DNA from: Candidatus Omnitrophota bacterium
GTDB taxonomy: Bacteria; Omnitrophota; Gorgyraeia; Tantalellales; Tantalellaceae
NCBI GenBank assembly: GCA_028715965.1
Contig: JAQUQS010000001.1
Location: 1,259 to 65,258 of the forward strand
Length of the DNA stretch: 64,000 nt
Direction of reading: 5' to 3'
Position 1 is the first letter of the stretch, and the number at the start of each line of letters is the position of its first letter. The notes beneath the pieces were generated by a model, which worked only from the letters and a program-made list of their open reading frames with translations, did no database searches and was not told where the DNA came from. Of the stretch, positions 38,111-48,907 are shown piece by piece. A program made the position numbers and the translations under genes.

Positions 38111-38850
38111 GTCAGTCTCTCCGCCCTTTCTTTACCAACTATCACGGTATCCTCAAAATGAGCTGAGAGCATACCGTCCTTGGTCACTGCCGTCCAGCCG
38201 TCCGAGAGGACTTTGATATCTCTTGTCCCAAGGTTTATCATGGGCTCTATAGCCAGCAGCATGCCTTCCTTAAGGACCGGACCCCTGCCTTTTTCCCCCC
38301 AATTCGGTACTTCGGGAGCCTCATGCAGTTGTTTTCCGATCCCGTGTCCCACGAACATCCTGACTTCCTTCATCCCGGCTTTCTCGGCGCGGCGCTGTAT
38401 AGCGTTCGATATATCCGACACCCTGTTACCTAAAACCGCTTTTTCTATCCCCGCTGAAAGACATTCCGATGTTACCCGTATAAGCTCTTCCGCTTCGGGA
38501 GATATCTTGCCTACAGCGTAAGTCCTTGCCGCGTCAGTATAATACCCGTTCTTCCTGACCCCGGCATCGACACCTATTATATCGCCTTCTTCCAGGATGG
38601 TACTCTTGTCCGGTATCCCGTGCACGACCACTTCATTCACCGAAGCGCATATCGTAGCCGGGAACCCCCTGTATCCCTTGAATGCCGGTTCTCCACCAAG
38701 CTCCAGGATCAGCCTCTCCGCCTCGGCATCTATATCAGATGTCGATATCCCGGGACGGATCAGATGCTCTATACCAGCGAACACCTTTTTGAGGATACTG
38801 CCGGAAAAACGGATCTTCTCGACATCCTCGGCTGTTCTCAAGATCGCCAT
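38107..38850 (-). CDS. map: type I methionine aminopeptidase
   Basis: 247 aa with …VVHGIPD… and metal-ligand motifs …FVGHGIG… EPM. Confidence 0.95.
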   Translation of the reverse strand: MAILRTAEDVEKIRFSGSILKKVFAGIEHLIRPGISTSDIDAEAERLILELGGEPAFKGYRGFPATICASVNEVVVHGIPDKSTILEEGDIIGVDAGVRKNGYYTDAARTYAVGKISPEAEELIRVTSECLSAGIEKAVLGNRVSDISNAIQRRAEKAGMKEVRMFVGHGIGKQLHEAPEVPNWGEKGRGPVLKEGMLLAIEPMINLGTRDIKVLSDGWTAVTKDGMLSAHFEDTVIVGKERAERLT

Positions 38851-38851
38851 T

Positions 38852-39526
38852 TCAGATAAGACCTTCTCTTTTAAAAAGAGCGTCTATTTGCTCAAAGAGC
38901 TCACCCGCAGGCAGGCCTCCGTCAACTTCCATAAGCTTTCCCTTTTTCCGGTAATAGCTTATAAGGTCCGCCGTATTGTCCTTGTATACGTTCAACCTGT
39001 TCTTTATCGTATCAATGTTATCGTCTTTCCTCTGTATAAGTTCGCCGCCGCAGATATCACATACGCCCTCTTTCGCGGATGGCATATTGGTCACGTGGTA
39101 GTTCTTTCCACATTGCTTGCATACACGCCGTCCCGAGAGCCGTTGTATGACCACTTCTTCCGGTGTATTAAAATACAATACGGTCGCCAGCTCCCGGCCT
39201 TCTTCGCTTAAAGACTCATCCAGCGTCCCGGCCTGCGCGCTGTTGCGCGGATACCCGTCAAGCATGACCCCGCTGGAAGCATCGGGTTTCCCCATACGCT
39301 CCACCACGCTTTTCGTGACTATGTCGTCGGGGACAAGCTCTCCAGCTTCCATATATCTTTTTACCTCAAGCCCCGTCACGCCGCCATCCTTTACAGCCTG
39401 CCTGAGCATATCACCTGTGGATATGTGCAATAGCCCGTAAGCTTTAGCCAGATACGCGGCCTGAGTGCCTTTACCCGCACCCGGAGGGCCCAGAAGCACC
39501 AGGTCGAAAGGTCCCTTTTTCATCAT
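38852..39526 (-). CDS. adk: adenylate kinase (zinc-binding LID)
   Basis: P-loop GPPGAGKGTQA and a LID CKQCG…CDICGG. Confidence 0.95.
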   Translation of the reverse strand: MMKKGPFDLVLLGPPGAGKGTQAAYLAKAYGLLHISTGDMLRQAVKDGGVTGLEVKRYMEAGELVPDDIVTKSVVERMGKPDASSGVMLDGYPRNSAQAGTLDESLSEEGRELATVLYFNTPEEVVIQRLSGRRVCKQCGKNYHVTNMPSAKEGVCDICGGELIQRKDDNIDTIKNRLNVYKDNTADLISYYRKKGKLMEVDGGLPAGELFEQIDALFKREGLI

Positions 39527-40875
39527 GTCAGCCGACCCTTGACCCTTCCTTTTTTCATGAACCCCTCATAATGCCTCATCAACATATGGGACTCTATCTG
39601 GCGCATAGTGTCCAGCATAACACCCACGATGATGAGAAGCCCTGTCCCGCCGAAGAAACTCGCCACGAGATACGGTATGCCAATACGGCTGTTTATTATT
39701 CCCGGCAATATAGCAATGATCGTCAGGAATGCCGCGCCCGGAAGGGTGATCCTCGTCATGATGAAATCCAGGTATTCCGCGGTCGGTTTTCCCGGACGTA
39801 TACCCGGCACGAACCCGCCGAACCTTTTCATGTTGTTGGCCATATCTATGGGGTTAAAGGTTATAGCCGCGTAAAAATAACAGAAGAACAGGATGAGCAG
39901 TGAATACACCACATAATACATGGGCCTGCCCATCATAAGCGCGCTGGCCACTCCATGTACCGCTTTGTTCTGTACAAAACCGGCTATGGTCGCCGGGAAA
40001 AGTATTATGGACTGCGCGAAGATGATGGGGATAACCCCTCCCTGGTTCACCCTGAGCGGTATATACGTGGTCTGGCCGCCGTATATCTTCCTGCCTACGA
40101 CCCGTTTGGCGTATTGTATAGGTATCTTCCTCTGTCCTTGCGTGATCATTACCACAGCGATAACAACGACCACGAACATGACTGCCAAAAGGACCAGCTT
40201 GAAAGGATCTATCTGCGCTTCCCCACCTTCATTCCCCGGTGTCGCCAGCGATATTAGCTGCAGAATGGCAGCTGGCAGCCTGGATACTATACCTGCGGTT
40301 ATTATCAGGGATATCCCGTTCCCGATCCCTTTTTCCTGTATCTGTTCGCCAAGCCACATTATGAAAGCTGTTCCCGTAGTAAGTGTCAGCACCGTTAATA
40401 TCCTGAAACCCCACCCGGGATATTGCACTATCTGCATACCCTGGAAATGCGCGGGATTCTCCAGCCATAGCGCGATAAAGAACGCCTGTATGACCGACAA
40501 CACTACCGTACCATATCGTGTATACTGTGTTATGGTCTTCCGTCCTTCTTCACCCTGTCTTGCCAGCCTTTCGAGCGCCGGGATAACGGTCGTCAAAAGC
40601 TGCAGGATAATGGACGCCGATATGTATGGCATGATACCCAAAGCAAAGATCGTCAGGCGCTCTATGGCTCCTCCGGAGAACATGTTCATTATGCCAAAAA
40701 GTGTACCACCCTGGGTCCTTGCCATGTTATCAAAGAACTGCGCGAGCTTGACCCCGTCTATACCGGGTGTAGGCACGAAAGCGCCTATGCGATACACGGC
40801 TATAATAGCAAGCGTGAAAAGCACCTTTTTCTTAAGGTCCGGTATCCTGAATATGTTACCAAAAGATTCAAACAC
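39523..40875 (-). CDS. secY: preprotein translocase subunit SecY
   Basis: 450 aa, 10 transmembrane helices, …GIMPYISASII… motif. Confidence 0.95.
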   Translation of the reverse strand: MFESFGNIFRIPDLKKKVLFTLAIIAVYRIGAFVPTPGIDGVKLAQFFDNMARTQGGTLFGIMNMFSGGAIERLTIFALGIMPYISASIILQLLTTVIPALERLARQGEEGRKTITQYTRYGTVVLSVIQAFFIALWLENPAHFQGMQIVQYPGWGFRILTVLTLTTGTAFIMWLGEQIQEKGIGNGISLIITAGIVSRLPAAILQLISLATPGNEGGEAQIDPFKLVLLAVMFVVVVIAVVMITQGQRKIPIQYAKRVVGRKIYGGQTTYIPLRVNQGGVIPIIFAQSIILFPATIAGFVQNKAVHGVASALMMGRPMYYVVYSLLILFFCYFYAAITFNPIDMANNMKRFGGFVPGIRPGKPTAEYLDFIMTRITLPGAAFLTIIAILPGIINSRIGIPYLVASFFGGTGLLIIVGVMLDTMRQIESHMLMRHYEGFMKKGRVKGRLT

Positions 40876-40898
40876 CAGTATCTCCCGTAAGGTTGACT

Positions 40899-41402
40899 TT
40901 ATTTCTCTTTCCCAGGCTTACCGGAAACCGTTCCGGGAAAAGCCGTTACTTCTGTCTTACCACCCGCGTTCTCTATGGCGGACTTGGCGGTTTCGCTGAA
41001 AGCGTTCGCCTTGACCGTCAGGGCCTTACTGAGCTTACCCTTGCCCAGCACCTTATAGGGAACTCGTTTCTTACGTATGAGCTTGTTCTTATAAAGAAAA
41101 TCTCCGTCTATCACCATACCGTCCTCTATAGAAGAGGATCTCTCAAGAGTACAGACATTGAGCACGGCATAGGTCATTTTGAACCTCTTATTGCTGAACC
41201 CGCGTTTAGGCAATTTCCTCACCAGAGGCATCTGCCCGCCTTCGAATCCGGGTATATAGTCACCGCCGCCACTTCTGGCCTTGGCCCCTTTATGACCCTT
41301 TCCGCTCGTTTTGCCGCGTCCTGAACCTATACCACGTCCTTTACGCTTTCCTTTGGATTTCAGACCCCTGGGCCGCCTGATATCTTCTATTTTAAGTCCC
41401 AT
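40899..41402 (-). CDS. rplO: 50S ribosomal protein L15
   Basis: A Gly/Lys/Arg-rich N-terminus (…GRGIGSGRGKTSGKGHKG…) and the L15 C-domain. It directly follows rpsE, so there is no rpmD. Confidence 0.9.
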   Translation of the reverse strand: MGLKIEDIRRPRGLKSKGKRKGRGIGSGRGKTSGKGHKGAKARSGGGDYIPGFEGGQMPLVRKLPKRGFSNKRFKMTYAVLNVCTLERSSSIEDGMVIDGDFLYKNKLIRKKRVPYKVLGKGKLSKALTVKANAFSETAKSAIENAGGKTEVTAFPGTVSGKPGKEK

Positions 41403-41403
41403 C

Positions 41404-41979
41404 TCACCCTCTTCTGGTTGTTTTTAAGTTCTTAAACCCGTTCAACGTAGCCCTGACTATATTTATGGAATTCCTGGAACCAAGGCTCTTCGTCAGTATG
41501 TTCTTTATCCCCGCGGCATCACAAAGGGCTCTTACCGCGCCACCAGCTATAACACCCGTACCGGGACCCGCTGGTTTCATTACCACCTCGGACGCCTTGA
41601 ACCTGCCGATGACCTCATGAGGTATAGTGCCGTTCACCACGAATACGCTACAAAGGCTTTTTTTCGCCTGCGCGGAGCCTTTCCTTATCGCCTCCACTAC
41701 CTCGTTGGATTTACCGAATCCCATTCCTACACGGCCTCTACCATCACCAGTAACGACCAAGGCGCTGAAAGAGAAATTCTTACCTCCCTTTACGACCTTA
41801 GAGACCCTGTTGATCTTTATTACGCGCTCTATAAGTTCGACCTCGGGACCGCCTCCGTCTTCATCCCGAAGCTCAGCCTCGACAGCCTTCTTGGTATTGT
41901 CGCTTCCTGGCGTTTTCTTTACGCCCTTCGCTTCATCCTCGTTCTTCTTCGTAAATTCTTTTCTTTCTTCCTTAGACAT
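41404..41979 (-). CDS. rpsE: 30S ribosomal protein S5 (Lys-rich N-terminal extension)
   Basis: …[23 protein letters not shown]…GIKN… S5 dsRBD/C-domain. Start taken at MSKEERKEF (41979); the ORF track start at 42030 would overlap rplR. Confidence 0.9.
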   Translation of the reverse strand: MSKEERKEFTKKNEDEAKGVKKTPGSDNTKKAVEAELRDEDGGGPEVELIERVIKINRVSKVVKGGKNFSFSALVVTGDGRGRVGMGFGKSNEVVEAIRKGSAQAKKSLCSVFVVNGTIPHEVIGRFKASEVVMKPAGPGTGVIAGGAVRALCDAAGIKNILTKSLGSRNSINIVRATLNGFKNLKTTRRG

Positions 41980-41992
41980 TTGTCCTCCAATA

Positions 41993-42352
41993 TTAGAATT
42001 CCAGACCACCTTTTCGTGCCGCATCCGCAAGCGCCTTAATTACACCGTGGTAACGGTTGCCCGCCCTGTCAAAGACCACTTTTTTTACGCCTTTCTCCCC
42101 GGCTATTTTCGCTATCGCCTCGCCGAGCACCGTAGCAAAATTAGTGTTCTTCATGGACACGGTCTTTTTCTCCCCACCGGACGCGCTTTGTGACGAAGCC
42201 CCGCATATTGTCACGCCCTGCACATCATCTATTATCTGCACGTAAAGGGATTTGTTGCTCTTCTGGACGGCCATACGTGGCCTTTCCGGCGTACCGAATA
42301 CTTTTTTTCTTATCGACTTTTTTCTTCTGTTCTTTCTTTCTATCTTGTCCAT
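41993..42352 (-). CDS. rplR: 50S ribosomal protein L18
   Basis: 119 aa, …[20 protein letters not shown]…. Confidence 0.9.
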   Translation of the reverse strand: MDKIERKNRRKKSIRKKVFGTPERPRMAVQKSNKSLYVQIIDDVQGVTICGASSQSASGGEKKTVSMKNTNFATVLGEAIAKIAGEKGVKKVVFDRAGNRYHGVIKALADAARKGGLEF

Positions 42353-42371
42353 GTCTATACCTTCTCTACTA

Positions 42372-42908
42372 TTAGGCTATGCTCTTACCCTGTTTCTGTC
42401 TGACATATTCACCCTCGTACCTTATCCCTTTGCCTTTATACGGCTCCGGGGGATAGTACGCCCTTATCTCGGCGGCTACTGCGCCGACCTTTTGTTTATC
42501 CACACCCTTGACCAATATCTCGGTAGGAGTAGGGGTCTCTATCGAAACATCCTGGTCCGGGGTATAGTTGACCGTGTGTGAGAACCCTATATCAAGCACA
42601 AGGGTCTTCCCTTTCATCTGCGCCTTATACCCAACACCTTGTATCTGCAGCTTCTTCTGGAACCCTTTGCTGAGCCCGGTGACCATGTTCTGTACCAGAC
42701 TTCTCGTAGTACCGTGAAGTGTCTTATGCTGCCTGGAATCGGACGGCCTGGTTATACTGATCTTATTGTCGGCTATCTCCACAACAAAACCTTCCGGGAT
42801 CACATGCTCGAGAGACTTACCTTTTCCCTCGACCTTTATCTTGTTCCCGGCCATTTCGGCCTTTATCCCCGAAGGGAGGTCTATCGCTCGCTTACCTACT
42901 CTTGACAT
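42372..42908 (-). CDS. rplF: 50S ribosomal protein L6
   Basis: MSRVGKRAIDLPSGIKAEMAGNKIKVEGKGKSLEHV…. Confidence 0.95.
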   Translation of the reverse strand: MSRVGKRAIDLPSGIKAEMAGNKIKVEGKGKSLEHVIPEGFVVEIADNKISITRPSDSRQHKTLHGTTRSLVQNMVTGLSKGFQKKLQIQGVGYKAQMKGKTLVLDIGFSHTVNYTPDQDVSIETPTPTEILVKGVDKQKVGAVAAEIRAYYPPEPYKGKGIRYEGEYVRQKQGKSIA

Positions 42909-42941
42909 TTATATTCTCCTCATATTACCCGTTATTATTGC

Positions 42942-43340
42942 CTACCAGACCTGGCAGATCAGTTCCCCGCCGATCCCCTGCTCTTTGGCTTCCTTATCTG
43001 TAAGAAGCCCCTTACTCGTTGAATATATGGCCAATCCCACACCGCCCCTTATGTTCTTCACGTCTTTGGCGGATATATAGGTCTTCAACCCCGGTTTGGA
43101 TATTTTCTTCAGGTTCTCCATCACCGGAAGTTCGCCCTCGGTATACTTGAGGTATACCTTTATCTTTCCCTGTTTATTGTCCTCGATCACCTGGTAATTA
43201 TCGATAAATCCCTCTTTTTTAAGGATCCCCATTATCCCCTCAATGATCCCGGACCTTTTTATTATCACGGTCTTTTTCTTGACCATTATAGCGTTCCTTA
43301 TAACGGTAAGCTGATCAGCTATCAAATCCGTAACACTCAT
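42942..43340 (-). CDS. rpsH: 30S ribosomal protein S8
   Basis: MSVTDLIADQLTVIRNAIMVKKKTV…. Confidence 0.95.
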   Translation of the reverse strand: MSVTDLIADQLTVIRNAIMVKKKTVIIKRSGIIEGIMGILKKEGFIDNYQVIEDNKQGKIKVYLKYTEGELPVMENLKKISKPGLKTYISAKDVKNIRGGVGLAIYSTSKGLLTDKEAKEQGIGGELICQVW

Positions 43341-43391
43341 GTCTTCTTCTCCCTCTTACTGATATCGTGTGTTTTTAAAATCAGAAAAAGA

Positions 43392-43577
43392 TCACCAGCT
43401 CGCCTTTTTCACTCCAGGAATAAGACCTTTCGACGCAAATTCCCTGAAGCAGATACGGCAAAGTTTGAATTTCTTCAAGTATCCCTTTTTCCTGCCACAA
43501 TTCTGGCACCGGGTTATCACCCTTGTGCTGAATTTAGGTTCTCTCTTCGATTTCTCTATAAGCCCTTTTTTTGCCAT
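43392..43577 (-). CDS. rpsZ: 30S ribosomal protein S14 type Z (zinc-binding)
   Basis: 61 aa with CQNCGR…CRIC, a C4 zinc ribbon. Confidence 0.9.
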   Translation of the reverse strand: MAKKGLIEKSKREPKFSTRVITRCQNCGRKKGYLKKFKLCRICFREFASKGLIPGVKKASW

Positions 43578-43601
43578 ACTTGATCCCTTTGTGTCCTTTT
43601 C

Positions 43602-44144
43602 TTATTTTTTCGCGAACGGCATGCCGAAACCCTTGAGCAGGCTCATGGTCTCTTCCTTGGTCTTTGCCGAAGTTACGAAACATATGTCCATACCATGCGT
43701 CACCGGGACTTTGTCCAGTTCAAGTTCCGGGAATATCGTCTGTTCCTTGAGCCCCAGGGTGTAGTTACCGGCATGGTCAAACGCGGTCGCGGAAACTCCC
43801 CTGAAATCGCGTATACGCGGGATAACGAAGTTGATGAGCCGGTCAAGGAACTCATACATCAGGTCCTTCCTGAGCGTTACCTTATATCCGACAGGCACGC
43901 CTTCCCTTATCTTAAAGTTCGAGATAGCCTTTTTCGACCTTGTGAGAAGAGGTCTCTGGCCCGTTATCGTCGCGAGCTCATCCCTGATGGGCTCTATAAG
44001 GTCTTTCTGGTGCGCCATCTCCCCCATGCCGACGTTCACTACTATCTTCTCGAGCTTCGGGACCTGCATCTTGTTCTTGTAGCCGAACTCCTCTATCAAA
44101 CTCGGCACTATTTCTTTCTCATACATCTCTTTAAGCCTTGCCAT
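43602..44144 (-). CDS. rplE: 50S ribosomal protein L5
   Basis: MARLKEMYEKEIVPSLIEEFGYKNKMQVPKLEKIVVN…. Confidence 0.95.
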   Translation of the reverse strand: MARLKEMYEKEIVPSLIEEFGYKNKMQVPKLEKIVVNVGMGEMAHQKDLIEPIRDELATITGQRPLLTRSKKAISNFKIREGVPVGYKVTLRKDLMYEFLDRLINFVIPRIRDFRGVSATAFDHAGNYTLGLKEQTIFPELELDKVPVTHGMDICFVTSAKTKEETMSLLKGFGMPFAKK

Positions 44145-44190
44145 GAGCGCTTTCTCCTGTTTATATTGTGGATACCCTTATTGCCCCGAT

Positions 44191-44502
44191 CTACAGCACT
44201 TCCTTACAGTTCTTGCAGTACCTGACCTTGCTGCCATCCTTAAGCATGTCGGCACCCACTCTTGTCACACTGTTACATCCCTTACATATGACCATCAGGT
44301 TGGACATGTTCACAGGGGCTTCCTTATGGATTATCCCGCCCTTGTCGTCCTGCCTGGTGCGTTTCGCGTGTTTCTTAACGAAATTAACCCCCTGTACTAT
44401 GACCTTGGAATCCGCGGGGATCACCCTCAGGACCTTACCTGACTTGCCTTTGTCCTTACCGGCTATTACTTTCACCATATCGTTCTTCTTTATCCTCGAC
44501 AT
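44191..44502 (-). CDS. rplX: 50S ribosomal protein L24
   Basis: KOW motif [19 protein letters not shown]. Confidence 0.95.
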   Translation of the reverse strand: MSRIKKNDMVKVIAGKDKGKSGKVLRVIPADSKVIVQGVNFVKKHAKRTRQDDKGGIIHKEAPVNMSNLMVICKGCNSVTRVGADMLKDGSKVRYCKNCKEVL

Positions 44503-44513
44503 CTATTTCCCTC

Positions 44514-44882
44514 CTACAGCACTTCGGGTGCCAGTGATACGATCTTCATGAAATTCTTCCTGCGAAGCTCTCTGGCAACCGGGCCGAAAACACGCGTCCC
44601 ACGCGGGTTCCCGTCCTTATCAATTATGACGACCGCATTATGATCGAATTTCAGGACCGTACCGTCCTTACGCTTGATCGGATAAGCGGTCCTTACTATG
44701 ACGCCGCGTACTACTTCCCCCTTTTTAACGTCAGCAGTAGGGGTCGACTCCTTTATATTACACGTTATAATATCCCCGATCGTGGCAGAACTTTTGCCCG
44801 ACCGACCAAGAACCCCTATCATGGAAGCTTTTTTTGCTCCGGTATTGTCCGCGACTTCGAGTTTTGTCCCCATTACTATCAT
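44514..44882 (-). CDS. rplN: 50S ribosomal protein L14
   Basis: …[20 protein letters not shown]… 122 aa. Confidence 0.95.
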   Translation of the reverse strand: MIVMGTKLEVADNTGAKKASMIGVLGRSGKSSATIGDIITCNIKESTPTADVKKGEVVRGVIVRTAYPIKRKDGTVLKFDHNAVVIIDKDGNPRGTRVFGPVARELRRKNFMKIVSLAPEVL

Positions 44883-44887
44883 GGCCG

Positions 44888-45154
44888 TTAACCCCTTTGC
44901 CCTTTTTCGATTATTTCTATGATCCTGTATCTTTTATCTTTTGAGATCGGACGTGTTTCGATTATTTTCACCACATCACCCTGCGAAGCCTCGTTCTTTT
45001 CATCGTGCGCTTTTACCTTCACATGGCGCTTAAATGACTTCTTATAAAGGGGATGCTGCTTCTGTATCTCCCACTCGACCGTAACGCTCTTATCCATTTT
45101 GTCGCTTACTACGCGACCCACTATCGTTTTCTGGTTAGGTTTAGCTTTTTTCAC
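44888..45154 (-). CDS. rpsQ: 30S ribosomal protein S17
   Basis: …[17 protein letters not shown]… The ATG at 45184 would overlap rpmC by 34 nt and add 10 residues. A GTG at 45154 overlaps the rpmC TGA as GTGA and gives a typical 88-aa S17. Confidence 0.85.
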   Translation of the reverse strand: MKKAKPNQKTIVGRVVSDKMDKSVTVEWEIQKQHPLYKKSFKRHVKVKAHDEKNEASQGDVVKIIETRPISKDKRYRIIEIIEKGQRG

Positions 45155-45339
45155 GACCTTTTCTCCTTCAATATAGTGTTGCATCTGGCTATATCACGCC
45201 TTATAATGCCAAACCTGCTGGGTCTTTCTACCCTGCCGTTCACCATTTCTTCCCTCAACTTGAAAAGTTGTTCTTTAAGGGCGATAAGCTTCTGTTCTAT
45301 TTCAGCTTCCGTCATATTCCTGATCTCGCTCGGCTTCAA
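45151..45339 (-). CDS. rpmC: 50S ribosomal protein L29
   Basis: 62 aa, [29 protein letters not shown]. Confidence 0.9.
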   Translation of the reverse strand: MKPSEIRNMTEAEIEQKLIALKEQLFKLREEMVNGRVERPSRFGIIRRDIARCNTILKEKRS

Positions 45340-45755
45340 GACTTCCCTCCCCTTGATATATATTTCGTTTTCATCGGCAGTTTATGCGCGGCCAGCCTGA
45401 ACGCTTCCCTGGCCATATCGGAAGGTACGCCTTCCATCTCGAATATGATCCGGCCTTTCTTGACCACGGCCACCCATCCTACCGGTGAACCTTTACCTTT
45501 TCCCATACGGGTCTCAGCCGCTATCTTGGTTATGGACTTATCAGGGAACACCCTGATCCAAAGTTTGCCGGCCCTTCCTGTCTTCCTCATAAGCGCTACC
45601 CTGGCGGCTTCTATCTGTTTGTCGGTCATCCACGCCGTTTCTATCGCCTTAAGTCCGAATTCCCCGAAACTCAAGGTCGAGCAAGCGTAACTGGCGCCTT
45701 TACGACGACCCCTCTGCTGTTTTCTATATTTGACTCGTTTGGGCATCAAAGCCAT
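45336..45755 (-). CDS. rplP: 50S ribosomal protein L16
   Basis: [20 protein letters not shown]…. Confidence 0.95.
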   Translation of the reverse strand: MALMPKRVKYRKQQRGRRKGASYACSTLSFGEFGLKAIETAWMTDKQIEAARVALMRKTGRAGKLWIRVFPDKSITKIAAETRMGKGKGSPVGWVAVVKKGRIIFEMEGVPSDMAREAFRLAAHKLPMKTKYISRGGKS

Positions 45756-45761
45756 GATAAT

Positions 45762-46457
45762 CTACTCCTCTATATCCTTCTTATCTTTTTTCTTCACTTC
45801 GACCTTTTCCGTACCGACACCCTTGTCGTACTTGTCGCCCCTGTATATCCAGACCTTAACGCCTATGATCCCATAGGTGGTCCTTGCTTCCGCGAAACCG
45901 TAATCAATATCCGCCCTTATCGTCTGAAGCGGTACTTTTCCCCACTTGTAGCTCTCACTTCTCGCTATTTCAGCCCCGCCCAGCCTTCCGGAACATCTGA
46001 TCTTTATACCTTTTCCACCGGAATCCTTGTGTGCCTGTACCGTTTTCTTCATGGCCCGGCGGAACGCGATCCTCTTTTCCAGCTGGTATGATATGTTCTC
46101 GGCCACTATCTGCGCGTCCAACCCCGGGTTCTGGACCTCTTTTATATCGATGAAAAGCTTTGTCTGGTCACCAACAATGCTCTGCACGGTCTCTTTGAGC
46201 TTTTCTATCTGGGCACCCTTACGGCCTATCACCATACCGGGTTTCCCGGAATAAACAGAAACACGCACACGATTACTGGCCCTCTCTATGTCAACGTGGG
46301 ATATCGCCCCGGATGACAATTCCTTGTTTATGAGATTCCGTATCCTGATATCCTGGTGCAACTTCTCGGCAAAATCCGCCTTTGTAGCGTACCAGCGGCT
46401 GCCCCATTCCTTTGTGACACCTATACGGAAACTTGTAGGATGAACTTTTTGCCCCAT
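45762..46457 (-). CDS. rpsC: 30S ribosomal protein S3
   Basis: MGQKVHPTSFRIGVTKEWGSRWYA… plus a KH domain. Confidence 0.95.
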   Translation of the reverse strand: MGQKVHPTSFRIGVTKEWGSRWYATKADFAEKLHQDIRIRNLINKELSSGAISHVDIERASNRVRVSVYSGKPGMVIGRKGAQIEKLKETVQSIVGDQTKLFIDIKEVQNPGLDAQIVAENISYQLEKRIAFRRAMKKTVQAHKDSGGKGIKIRCSGRLGGAEIARSESYKWGKVPLQTIRADIDYGFAEARTTYGIIGVKVWIYRGDKYDKGVGTEKVEVKKKDKKDIEE

Positions 46458-46840
46458 TACTTATTCTCCTTGGTCTTCCTTTTTTTTGTTTTCTCGGTCG
46501 AACCGGCCATATCCAGTTCAACACATATGTGCGTGGTCCTATGCCTTATCACGGCGGCCCTTCCCATGGTCGCCGCGCGGTACCTCTTGAACATCGGTCC
46601 GCCGTCCGCCTTTATACCGGATATAACGACTTCTTTGGCCAGAAGCTTTTCCTGCCTGTTGTTGTTGGCGTTGGCAAAAGCTGAATCCAGGACCTTCTTT
46701 ATCGAAGCACACGCGCCCTTGGCCGTGTTATCCAGGATGAAACCTGCTTCCTCAACCGTTTTACCCTTGATCAGGTCCAGCACCAGCCTGACCTTACGGG
46801 CCGACATCCTTACATATCTTACCTCTGCTTTAGCGAGCAT
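46457..46840 (-). CDS. rplV: 50S ribosomal protein L22
   Basis: MLAKAEVRYVRMSARKVRLVLDLIKGK…. Confidence 0.95.
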   Translation of the reverse strand: MLAKAEVRYVRMSARKVRLVLDLIKGKTVEEAGFILDNTAKGACASIKKVLDSAFANANNNRQEKLLAKEVVISGIKADGGPMFKRYRAATMGRAAVIRHRTTHICVELDMAGSTEKTKKRKTKENK

Positions 46841-46881
46841 CTCTTACTCCTCTATATGTTCAAATTTGTCTTATACGCCAA

Positions 46882-47166
46882 TTACGTCTTATCGGTCGAT
46901 ACCTTGGTCGCGGCGCCGTGACTCCTGAACGTACGCGTTGGCGCGAACTCCCCTAGTTTATGCCCGACCATGTTCTCCGTTATGAACAACGGATGGAATA
47001 TCTTGCCGTTATGTACGGATATCGTCATACCTACGAACTCAGGCAGGATGACCGAGCTTCTCGACCAGGTTTTTATGGGCTTCTTGCTGCCCGTTTCCTG
47101 TATCTGCCTGACCTTTTTCATCAGCTTATCGTTGACGAAAGGCCCTTTTTTGATCGACCTTGACAT
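46882..47166 (-). CDS. rpsS: 30S ribosomal protein S19
   Basis: [19 protein letters not shown]…[13 protein letters not shown]. Confidence 0.95.
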   Translation of the reverse strand: MSRSIKKGPFVNDKLMKKVRQIQETGSKKPIKTWSRSSVILPEFVGMTISVHNGKIFHPLFITENMVGHKLGEFAPTRTFRSHGAATKVSTDKT

Positions 47167-47168
47167 TT

Positions 47169-47993
47169 TTACTTCCTCCGTTTGATTATTTTGCTGCTTG
47201 AGGCCTTGCCTTTTCTACGGGTCTTCAAGCCCTTCGTTATCTTTCCCCAAGGGGTAACAGGATGTCTTCCACCGGATGATTTACCTTCGCCTCCACCCAT
47301 GGGATGGTCGACCGGGTTCTTTGCTACCGCTCTCGACAGTGGACGCCTCCCCATATATCTGGACCTTCCGGCTTTACCGATCGCTACGTTCTCGTGTTCC
47401 AGGTTGCCTACCCTGCCTATGGTCGCGTAACAATTCTCTTTTACAAGGCGTACCTCTCCGCTGGGCATGTTTATGTGGGCGTTACCGCCGTCCTTGGCCA
47501 TAAGTATGGCGTTGTTCCCGGCTGAACGCGCTATTTTGGCACCGTGTCCCGGGTCCATTTCTATGCAATATATTTCCGTACCGACCGGGATATCTTTGAG
47601 TGGCATGGAATTACCTACTTCTATCTTCGAACCCGGCCCGCACTGTATGGTACCTCCGACCTTTATGCCGAACGGAGCTATGATATACCCTATCGTGTTA
47701 TCCGCGTATTTTATGAGCGCTATGTTAGCGGAACGGTTAGGGTCATATTCTATCGCCTCCACGGTCCCCGTTATGCCTTTCTTGCTGTACTTGAAGTCGA
47801 CCAGGCGATACCTTCTTTTATGCCCGCCGCCCTTGCCTCTCGATGTTATCCGCCCGAGATTATTACGACCACCTTTTTTCCGAAGAGCTTCCGTAAGCGA
47901 CTTCTCTGGGGTCTTTTTCGTTATCTCGTCGGAGAGAACTATGTTTCCGTGCCGCCTTCCCGGCGTTACCGGCCTATACTTTTTGATCGCCAT
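47169..47993 (-). CDS. rplB: 50S ribosomal protein L2
   Basis: 274 aa, …[22 protein letters not shown]…. Confidence 0.95.
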   Translation of the reverse strand: MAIKKYRPVTPGRRHGNIVLSDEITKKTPEKSLTEALRKKGGRNNLGRITSRGKGGGHKRRYRLVDFKYSKKGITGTVEAIEYDPNRSANIALIKYADNTIGYIIAPFGIKVGGTIQCGPGSKIEVGNSMPLKDIPVGTEIYCIEMDPGHGAKIARSAGNNAILMAKDGGNAHINMPSGEVRLVKENCYATIGRVGNLEHENVAIGKAGRSRYMGRRPLSRAVAKNPVDHPMGGGEGKSSGGRHPVTPWGKITKGLKTRRKGKASSSKIIKRRK

Positions 47994-47994
47994 A

Positions 47995-48273
47995 TTACGT
48001 TACCTCTATTCTGTTATCCGGTTTAAGGGTCACGATAACCTTTTTCCAGGACGGTGTGTTCCCGATATGATATCTTACCCTTTTTTTCTTCCCGTTCACG
48101 TTCATCACGTTGACCGACTTGACCTTTACCTTATATATTTCCTCAACGGCCTTCCTTATTTCGACCTTGTTGGCGCGTTTATCCACCCTGAACACATATT
48201 TGTTCTGCGGCAGCATGTTCGTGCCTTTTTCCGTACGTATCATGTTCTTTAATACATCGTGCGACGTTTTCAT
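47995..48273 (-). CDS. rplW: 50S ribosomal protein L23
   Basis: 92 aa, …KYVFRVDKRANKVEIRKAVEEIYKVKV…. Confidence 0.9.
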   Translation of the reverse strand: MKTSHDVLKNMIRTEKGTNMLPQNKYVFRVDKRANKVEIRKAVEEIYKVKVKSVNVMNVNGKKKRVRYHIGNTPSWKKVIVTLKPDNRIEVT

Positions 48274-48905
48274 TTCAACCTCTCAGAAAGTTTTTCCAAT
48301 GCAACTTTTTCTATCACAATACATTCGTTCAACAGGACGTCGCGGACGTTAAGATTCCTTTCCTCGATAAGGCTGACCTTGGTTATGTTGCGCGAGGACA
48401 TCCTGACGCCGTCCTCCATTGCTTCCACTACTACCAGTATCTTTCCGCTGACCTTAAGGTTCTCCAGTATGGTCTTGAACCCCTTTGTCTTGTTGTCCTT
48501 TACCTCCAGCTTAACGACCGGCTTTATCATCTGTTCCACTAAACGCGCGTTAAGTCCGGAAAGCAGGGCTTTCCTGAGCGCCTTTTTGGGCATTGAATAT
48601 TTGAGGTCACGCGGCTTGGGGCCGAAAGTCACTCCACCATGCCGCCAAACAGGGTTCCTGGAAGATCCTACCCTGGCGCGACCGGTCCCCTTTTGTCTCC
48701 AGGGTTTTTTCCCGCCGCCTTCCACATCAGCGCGTGTCTTTGTGGACGCGTTGCCCTGCCTGGTATTGTTCTCATACATCTTCTTGGCTTCATAGAGAAG
48801 GTCCGTATTGACCTGACCGTCGAATATCTTCTCATCAAGCTGGATGTTATCTACGACCTTGCCGTTAAGATCATAGATCGGTAATCGTGTGTTAACCTGT
48901 TCCAT
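48270..48905 (-). CDS. rplD: 50S ribosomal protein L4
   Basis: 211 aa, …GGGKKPWRQKGTGRARVGSSRNPVWRHGG…. Confidence 0.95.
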   Translation of the reverse strand: MEQVNTRLPIYDLNGKVVDNIQLDEKIFDGQVNTDLLYEAKKMYENNTRQGNASTKTRADVEGGGKKPWRQKGTGRARVGSSRNPVWRHGGVTFGPKPRDLKYSMPKKALRKALLSGLNARLVEQMIKPVVKLEVKDNKTKGFKTILENLKVSGKILVVVEAMEDGVRMSSRNITKVSLIEERNLNVRDVLLNECIVIEKVALEKLSERLK

Positions 48906-48907
48906 TT

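Noticed and set aside
41402-41404. Missing rpmD (L30) as a possible mis-assembly
   Set aside because: The rpsE stop and the rplO start are essentially adjacent and the flanking genes are intact. Natural absence of L30 is common in many bacterial lineages.
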